Below are positions 58,523 through 64,000 of a DNA stretch of 64,000 nt, piece by piece. Origin of the DNA: Bdellovibrionota bacterium (GTDB lineage Bacteria; Bdellovibrionota_C; UBA2361; OMII01). A model generated the notes under the pieces. The model had not been told where the DNA came from and searched no databases. It worked only from the letters and a program-made list of their open reading frames with translations. The position numbers and the translations under genes were made by a program. The stretch lies in assembly GCA_044356215.1 (NCBI GenBank), contig JBIKWQ010000002.1, positions 1 through 64,000 on the forward strand. Reading direction: 5' to 3'. Within the stretch, counting starts at the first letter, position 1, and each line of letters begins with the position of its first letter.

Positions 58523-59449
58523 ATGAACACTTTCGCTGACAGAGTAGAGGCAACCATTAAAAAAACCGGAAGCTACCTAGTAGCCGGATTTGATCCAGTA
58601 ATAGAGAAGCTCCCCACTTTTATTTTAGAAGAGGCAGATAAAAACGCTGGCTCTGATAGTGACTATCTAGAGAGAGTGCTGTTTAGCTTCTCTGATGTTT
58701 TTCTCGCCGCGGTGGTTGGTCGCGTAGCCGCGATTAAACCGAACATCGCTTTCTTTGAGCAGTATGGGCTCCCAGGTGTCACAGCTTTCGCGCGCTTTAG
58801 CCAATCTGTCCGAGCAGCTGGGGTGCCATTAATTACCGACGCTAAACGTGGTGATATCGGCTCAACCGCCACAGCTTACAGCGCCGCGTTCCTCGGATCA
58901 GTAAATGTGAGGGGCCGCAAGATCGAGAGCTTCGAGGCTGATGCTCTGACGGTTAATCCATTTATGGGGTTTGATACCCTAGAACCATTTATCAAGGATT
59001 GCCAAAACCATGGCCGAGGGATCTTTGTTTTAACGCAGACCTCTAATCCAGGAGCCGCGGCGATTCAGGGATTGGTCGCTGATGGTAAGCCGGTGCGGGA
59101 GCATATCGCTAACTGGCTGGCTGAAAAGGCTGAACTCTTAATGGGAGAGTGCGGATGGTCGGGACTTGGCGCAGTAGTAGGAGCGTCGTATCCGCAGGAA
59201 GCCAGAAGATTGAGGGAGCTTATGCCAAGAAGCCTTTTCTTAATACCTGGACTAGGTGCGCAGGGCGCTCAAGCGGGTGATTCAGTAGCGGGATTTGGTT
59301 CAATCAACGGCGTCAAAGGGGGAGCGTTGATAAACGTTTCACGCGGACTCTTGGAAGGAGCAGCTAGTAGTACCGCTGAGTTTGCAGCACGAATTAGCGA
59401 GAATGTTGCGCGTTATAATTCTCAGATAGGGGCGGCGCTTCTGGCGTAG
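58523..59449 (+). CDS. pyrF: Orotidine-5'-phosphate decarboxylase
   Basis: GFDP, KPNIAFFE, DAKRGDIGST, TSNPG, PGLGAQG. Confidence 0.95.
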   Translation: MNTFADRVEATIKKTGSYLVAGFDPVIEKLPTFILEEADKNAGSDSDYLERVLFSFSDVFLAAVVGRVAAIKPNIAFFEQYGLPGVTAFARFSQSVRAAGVPLITDAKRGDIGSTATAYSAAFLGSVNVRGRKIESFEADALTVNPFMGFDTLEPFIKDCQNHGRGIFVLTQTSNPGAAAIQGLVADGKPVREHIANWLAEKAELLMGECGWSGLGAVVGASYPQEARRLRELMPRSLFLIPGLGAQGAQAGDSVAGFGSINGVKGGALINVSRGLLEGAASSTAEFAARISENVARYNSQIGAALLA

Positions 59450-59496
59450 GTTCAATTGACTTTACTCCCAGCCTCTAGCACAGTAAGGGGCATCTC

Positions 59497-61584
59497 ATGT
59501 CACTAAAACCCCCATCATCATCAAAAGCAAGTGTGCCGCCAAGCGACTTAACAGTTGATTCATTCATCCACTACGACGATGAAGGGGATGTAATCCTCGG
59601 TGTGGTGGTTGGAATAAAGAAAGACAAGTTAGCTGTATTAAATATCCGAGGCAGAGAGATCGACCTTCCGCGCGCTAGACTCTATCCTCTACCGGGTAAA
59701 CTCACAGGAGCTTTCAAATCAACAGGAGAGAAGGTCGCGGCACTTAAAGATCTAGCGGCGCGCATAGATGCTGAAGCCTCCTCTCTAGACGTAAAGGAGC
59801 TCTGGAGCTTTGTTCATGAAGAGGGGCGTTTATATTCAGTATCAGAGTTAAGTGCTCTCTATCTGGGGCGCGATGAGCTTATGGCTCACGCATCGCTTAG
59901 ATTAGCTATAATCCGAGATCGCACTCACTTTAAGCGCGATCGTGATCTCTTTGAGCCAAGAAGCGAGAATGTCGTAGCTGATCTAATTAGAGCCGAGGAG
60001 GCGAAGTCGAGAAAGAGAGCGGCGCAAGAGAATACGATCGCTCTCTTGGAAGCAAGAATAAAAGATCCTTCGGTGGTTATCCCTCCTGAATTGAAAGAGC
60101 CGATAAAATTAATAGAGGAGGTCGCTGCCTACATAGCGCACAGCGATCCGGCTCGGTATAAGGAGGCCCGTGAGTTTACCCACGCATGCGGTGAGCGGCT
60201 TGGCTTCCCAGAGAATATTCCGGTAGAGAAGCGCGCTTTTGAGATCCTGCGAAAGGCTGGGATATTTCACGAACACACCAATTTAAGTTTCATTAGGCAC
60301 GATATACCTGTCAGGCATACGGCTGAGGTGGAGGAGGAGGCGACACGGATCTCTCTTCCGAGTGATTTATCAGGTTTTGGCCCAGAGGAGCGTGAGTTTA
60401 GGCTCGATCTAACACGCGCTTTCTCGTTCACCGTAGATGATATATCAACCCAAGATATGGATGACGCGCTCTCTTTAGAGCGAACGCCAGATGGATATAT
60501 CTTGGGTATCCATATAACAGATCTAACAGGTGGGATAATTCCAGATTCGCGCATAGACCGTGCCGCAAAACGCAGAGCGACATCGATCTACTGCGCGGAC
60601 CAAACGATAAACATGATACCGAATCGTTTGTCAGAGGCGGTATTTAGTTTGCGTGCTGGCGAGGTGCGTCCATGCTTGTCGGCTTTAGTAACACTTAATG
60701 AGAATTTAGAGATTCAGAGTAGTGATGTCAGAGCAAGTTTTATTAAAGTAAGTAGGCGCTATACCTACGACGAAGTCGATGATCTGTTAGAGTCAGGAGA
60801 CGACTTGTTATTGAAGGTTCACGATATCGCTGCCGCATGCGAAGAGAAACGTATCCGTCACGGCGCCACTCGTGTTCACAAAAGAGAGGTTGCGCCTTCG
60901 TTTGTAGACGGAAGAGTAGTCCTGCAAGAGATCCATGAAGACAGTCCAGCGCGGTTGCTGGTGTCAGAGATGATGGTATTGGCGAATACGATTAAAGCTG
61001 AGTTCGCGGCGAGAAACGGCATCCCTGTTTTATTTAGGGGGCAGGAGCGCCCCGATGATCAGAATAATGATGCGGGAAAGAAGAAGGACGCGCCTGATGG
61101 CCCAGCTCGAGATTTCTCTGAGCGTAGACAGCTAAAGAAATCCTCGGTGTCGTTTGAGCCGATGCACCACGCGGGGCTGGGTGTTGACGCTTACATTCAA
61201 GCCACATCTCCTATCAGACGTTATATGGATCTCTGCCATCAGAGACAGTTCGTTTCATTTTTAAGAAGTGGTAAACCGTGGATCGCCGCCGAAGAGTTTG
61301 AGCGGGTAGCTAGTGAGACCGAGGTTCCGCTTCAAGAGGCTGGCTTAGCGAGTCGCGAGACGAAACGCTATTGGTTGCTGCGGTATCTTGAGCAGCGAGA
61401 GCGTAATCTGCCGATTGAGGCTACAGTAGTGAGAGTGGATTTAAAGACCCCACTTGTCGAGTTAGATGAAGTCTACATCACAGCGTCTGTGCGCTTTCAA
61501 CAGCGAGTGAAGTTAGGCCAGCGAGTAACGCTTAAAGTAAACACAGTAGATGCGCACGGGGATTATTTGAGGCTTGGGGAGTGA
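59497..61584 (+). CDS. RNase II/R (RNB-domain) exoribonuclease
   Basis: TVDDISTQDMDDAL, IHITD, VSEMM, TSPIRRYMD. Confidence 0.9.
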   Translation: MSLKPPSSSKASVPPSDLTVDSFIHYDDEGDVILGVVVGIKKDKLAVLNIRGREIDLPRARLYPLPGKLTGAFKSTGEKVAALKDLAARIDAEASSLDVKELWSFVHEEGRLYSVSELSALYLGRDELMAHASLRLAIIRDRTHFKRDRDLFEPRSENVVADLIRAEEAKSRKRAAQENTIALLEARIKDPSVVIPPELKEPIKLIEEVAAYIAHSDPARYKEAREFTHACGERLGFPENIPVEKRAFEILRKAGIFHEHTNLSFIRHDIPVRHTAEVEEEATRISLPSDLSGFGPEEREFRLDLTRAFSFTVDDISTQDMDDALSLERTPDGYILGIHITDLTGGIIPDSRIDRAAKRRATSIYCADQTINMIPNRLSEAVFSLRAGEVRPCLSALVTLNENLEIQSSDVRASFIKVSRRYTYDEVDDLLESGDDLLLKVHDIAAACEEKRIRHGATRVHKREVAPSFVDGRVVLQEIHEDSPARLLVSEMMVLANTIKAEFAARNGIPVLFRGQERPDDQNNDAGKKKDAPDGPARDFSERRQLKKSSVSFEPMHHAGLGVDAYIQATSPIRRYMDLCHQRQFVSFLRSGKPWIAAEEFERVASETEVPLQEAGLASRETKRYWLLRYLEQRERNLPIEATVVRVDLKTPLVELDEVYITASVRFQQRVKLGQRVTLKVNTVDAHGDYLRLGE

Positions 61585-61592
61585 TTCAGTCA

Positions 61593-61976
61593 CTACGCTA
61601 GGCATCTTTTGTAAAACTTAGCGATTTCTTTATCGGCAGTGATTATTGTGGCGTCTAGGTCCTGGGCGAGTGCTACTATTACTCGGTCGGCTGGGTCTCT
61701 GTGTTCCCAGGGAAGCAAGATGCTTTTTGCCCACATTCGCGCGTCAACAGCCATCAACACGAAATCTGAGCAACTCGTTACTCTCGAGATATAGTCCTCG
61801 TAATTTGTCCCGAGATCGATCTTCCCACTTTTCCATTTCACTCCGACCTCCCAGACCGAGATGGAGCTTATCGTGAGATGGTCCGCCTCAGAGAGCGCTT
61901 TGTGCGCCCGCGGCGATAAGCTTGATGGATCTAGAGTTAGCCAGAGGAGGGCGCATGTGTCTAAAACTAGATTCAC
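61593..61976 (-). CDS. PIN-domain VapC toxin
   Basis: VLDTCALLW, SVWE, HRDPADR, ITAD. Confidence 0.9.
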   Translation of the reverse strand: MNLVLDTCALLWLTLDPSSLSPRAHKALSEADHLTISSISVWEVGVKWKSGKIDLGTNYEDYISRVTSCSDFVLMAVDARMWAKSILLPWEHRDPADRVIVALAQDLDATIITADKEIAKFYKRCLA

Positions 61977-62206
61977 AGCTCGTCCCATTCATCTTTGGTA
62001 GTCTCCAAGGCGGCATCTTTTGATATCCGAGCTCGCTCTCTCAGGTTGCCAAACAATTCGTCGACGTTCTTTCCCTCTGTGCAGGGAATTATCTTCAGGA
62101 CAGGTTTGCCGAAATCAGTGACTATGAGCTCGCCCCCCTGTTCCTGGAGCTCCCGAAAGTACTCAAACATCTTGGCTTTTAGAACACTCTTACTCACCCG
62201 TTTCAT
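61973..62206 (-). CDS. Phd/YefM-type antitoxin
   Basis: SKS.LKA..., VTDFGKPV; 4-bp overlap with the PIN gene. Confidence 0.85.
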   Translation of the reverse strand: MKRVSKSVLKAKMFEYFRELQEQGGELIVTDFGKPVLKIIPCTEGKNVDELFGNLRERARISKDAALETTKDEWDEL

Positions 62207-62310
62207 AAGGTAATCCTGGATCTTGATTGTGAGGAGATGCCTCTATTTTGGTTGGCAAGACCGCCTTTAGCACAAGTATAACTGGAGTTATGACTCTAGT
62301 CTAGGCCTGT

Positions 62311-62499
62311 CTAATTCACCAAATTCTCCGGAATCTCCAGAGTCTCCGTCGCGATCTCGCGCTTTAGGTTTTCGCAGAGGTCACTAATCATATAGAAAGC
62401 GCGGGTAAGTGAATCCACCCCGTCAGAAGTGAGCTCGATAAGTTCAGTGGCTAGCTCTTCCTCTGTTAGCTCCATCTGGTCAGGTGTGATTTTGCGCAT
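62311..62499 (-). CDS. Small acidic hypothetical protein
   Basis: 62-aa ATG ORF in an otherwise empty gap. Confidence 0.5.
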   Translation of the reverse strand: MRKITPDQMELTEEELATELIELTSDGVDSLTRAFYMISDLCENLKREIATETLEIPENLVN

Positions 62500-62640
62500 A
62501 TTCAGATCCGTGAATTTCGGTTCGACACAGGTACGTCCACTGACATATTAGGATGTCGGCCGTGGCTCGGAGGATCTTTAGATTTTGAGCGTAAAAAATT
62601 AACTTAGTTATACCAGGTAGTTAGGCGGGTGGCTCTCGAC

Positions 62641-63168
62641 TCACCGCGCCGCAGCCGCCTTAATAGCCAGTATTAACCCCTTATCTTCGGCGCACTCTGT
62701 CCCCGTCAATACCGACTCATCCGCGTCGAAGTGGATGCGGGTGTTTAAGATCTCACTGCCGTCTCTGTCACGCCAGTTAAGCCATAAGCCAGCTTTGTGA
62801 TCGTCGGCGTAGATCGGCCTAAAGATCAAAGTATGCCCATTTGGAAGTTGCAACGAGTCGCGATGTTTAATCGCTAGGGTCTCTTCCTTGCTTGAGAGTA
62901 GCTGAAAGTTGTTAAACGGTAGTTGCGACAATCGTGTTTCAAGATCTTTAATTTCGCCGACTACATTTATCTTACGACCTTCTAGAGTAGCCTCGCTGTT
63001 TTCAGTTTTATGAGGCTCGCTTGCCTGGATCGCGCGGACTGAGATCTTAATCTCTGTATCCTCAGGGTTAGGTTGATCACACTGGGCGCTATCTACAAAG
63101 AAAGCGAATTGAGACAACGCCGCGAAGATGAGATTAAAGGACGCTCTAGAGATCTGACGAAACAACAT
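62641..63168 (-). CDS. Exported hypothetical protein in the ECF sigma operon
   Basis: Signal-like N-terminus; starts 5 bp after the anti-sigma stop. Confidence 0.65.
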   Translation of the reverse strand: MLFRQISRASFNLIFAALSQFAFFVDSAQCDQPNPEDTEIKISVRAIQASEPHKTENSEATLEGRKINVVGEIKDLETRLSQLPFNNFQLLSSKEETLAIKHRDSLQLPNGHTLIFRPIYADDHKAGLWLNWRDRDGSEILNTRIHFDADESVLTGTECAEDKGLILAIKAAAAR

Positions 63169-63173
63169 GACGA

Positions 63174-63947
63174 CTATTTGGCTCCAGATCTAGTAGTTCC
63201 GTCAAGTCGATTTTGTTTGGAGGTCGCCGCGCCGCGGAATCCGCCAAGTGGAGTAGGAGAGAGTAATCTGTTTGGTCCATACTGCGATGGTTGCCGCCGG
63301 ATCCAAATGATTGAAGAAGATCCGTTCGGGTCTGGTATTAATCTAAGAGATCCGTTCGCACGCATCCAATCAACTTGGAGTGGGTTACGCGAGGCGCGAT
63401 TCTGAGTCAGATAGTTCGGGTGCTGAGTATTTGAGTTGGCGGCGCCGACACCCGCTTGGTGAATAATTCCAGAGCCAGATACGGGGCCAGCATGAGGCGC
63501 TGAGAATTTTACGATCTCACTAGGACGTGTTGTTAAGGTAATTAATAAAGCCGCCGCGATGGCAGCGCCTGAAGCTCCACCTAGTAAAGCTTGACGGAGA
63601 TCAATACGCTCAAAGAGTGATGGTTTGCTCTCTTTTAATCTGCGCTGGCCAAGATAGAGTGCCGCGCGCTCCTCCTGTTCGATCCGAGTTTCTATCTTCC
63701 CCCAGAGATCTACCTTCATTTCGTCGCGAGAGCTAAACAGCTCTCCGCAGCTACTACGTAGCTCCTCTAACTCACTTAGTAGCTCGCGGGCTGAGTGATT
63801 CTTGGCTAGTAACCTCTTGGCTAGAAAATTTGATATGTATGAGCACTCGCCATCTGAGAAGCGGGAGATAAGGAGCTGTTGACGCTCTGATAGGGGCGAT
63901 TGCTGTTGTTTGTCTGTCAGGCGCGTGTCCTTCGATCGAGTGTTCAT
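63174..63947 (-). CDS. Putative anti-sigma factor (RseA-like)
   Basis: ISRFSDGE motif, single TM helix, ATGA overlap with the upstream sigma-like gene. Confidence 0.7.
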   Translation of the reverse strand: MNTRSKDTRLTDKQQQSPLSERQQLLISRFSDGECSYISNFLAKRLLAKNHSARELLSELEELRSSCGELFSSRDEMKVDLWGKIETRIEQEERAALYLGQRRLKESKPSLFERIDLRQALLGGASGAAIAAALLITLTTRPSEIVKFSAPHAGPVSGSGIIHQAGVGAANSNTQHPNYLTQNRASRNPLQVDWMRANGSLRLIPDPNGSSSIIWIRRQPSQYGPNRLLSPTPLGGFRGAATSKQNRLDGTTRSGAK

Positions 63948-64000
63948 TTGTGAGACTCCGGAGCTAGTTCCTTAAGCGCCTGTTGAAGGGCTTTGCGGGC
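63944..64000 (-). CDS. C-terminus of a probable ECF sigma factor (partial)
   Basis: ARKALQQALKELAPESHK* resembles the end of sigma region 4 and precedes the anti-sigma gene. Confidence 0.55.
   Translation of the reverse strand, partial: ARKALQQALKELAPESHK

Overview
This is a 64-kb bacterial chromosome segment. The gene content suggests a deltaproteobacteria-like or Bdellovibrionota-like organism, but that is inference only. Most of it is housekeeping: arfB, homospermidine synthase, IHF, SWIM-SNF2 helicase, serA, hemY-type oxidase and hemH, tRNA-Arg(UCU), nuoA, an FGE/sulfatase/patatin cluster, flgE/fliI/fliH-like genes, PFK, murJ, bioA, gpmI, minCDE, pgpA, a 1541-aa surface protein, pyrF, an RNB nuclease, two TA pairs and an ECF sigma/anti-sigma pair. 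The most interesting signals are non-coding. (1) At the left edge is an integron cassette array on the minus strand with two canonical attC sites, matched cassette boundaries, a candidate attI, and what may be a decayed intI 5' remnant. (2) A ~189-bp TA-ended palindromic MITE-like element occurs four times with compensatory base changes. Two copies carry the same nested ~69-bp REP-like doublet and one copy has rewritten the murJ C-terminus. (3) A second 163-bp MITE has a 9-bp target duplication and contains a perfect 29-bp inverted repeat. (4) A RAYT-type HUH (Y1) transposase with a long C-terminal extension is flanked by inverted GTAG palindromes and is a candidate mobiliser of some of these hairpin elements. 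All calls come from reading motifs by eye; no database search was run.
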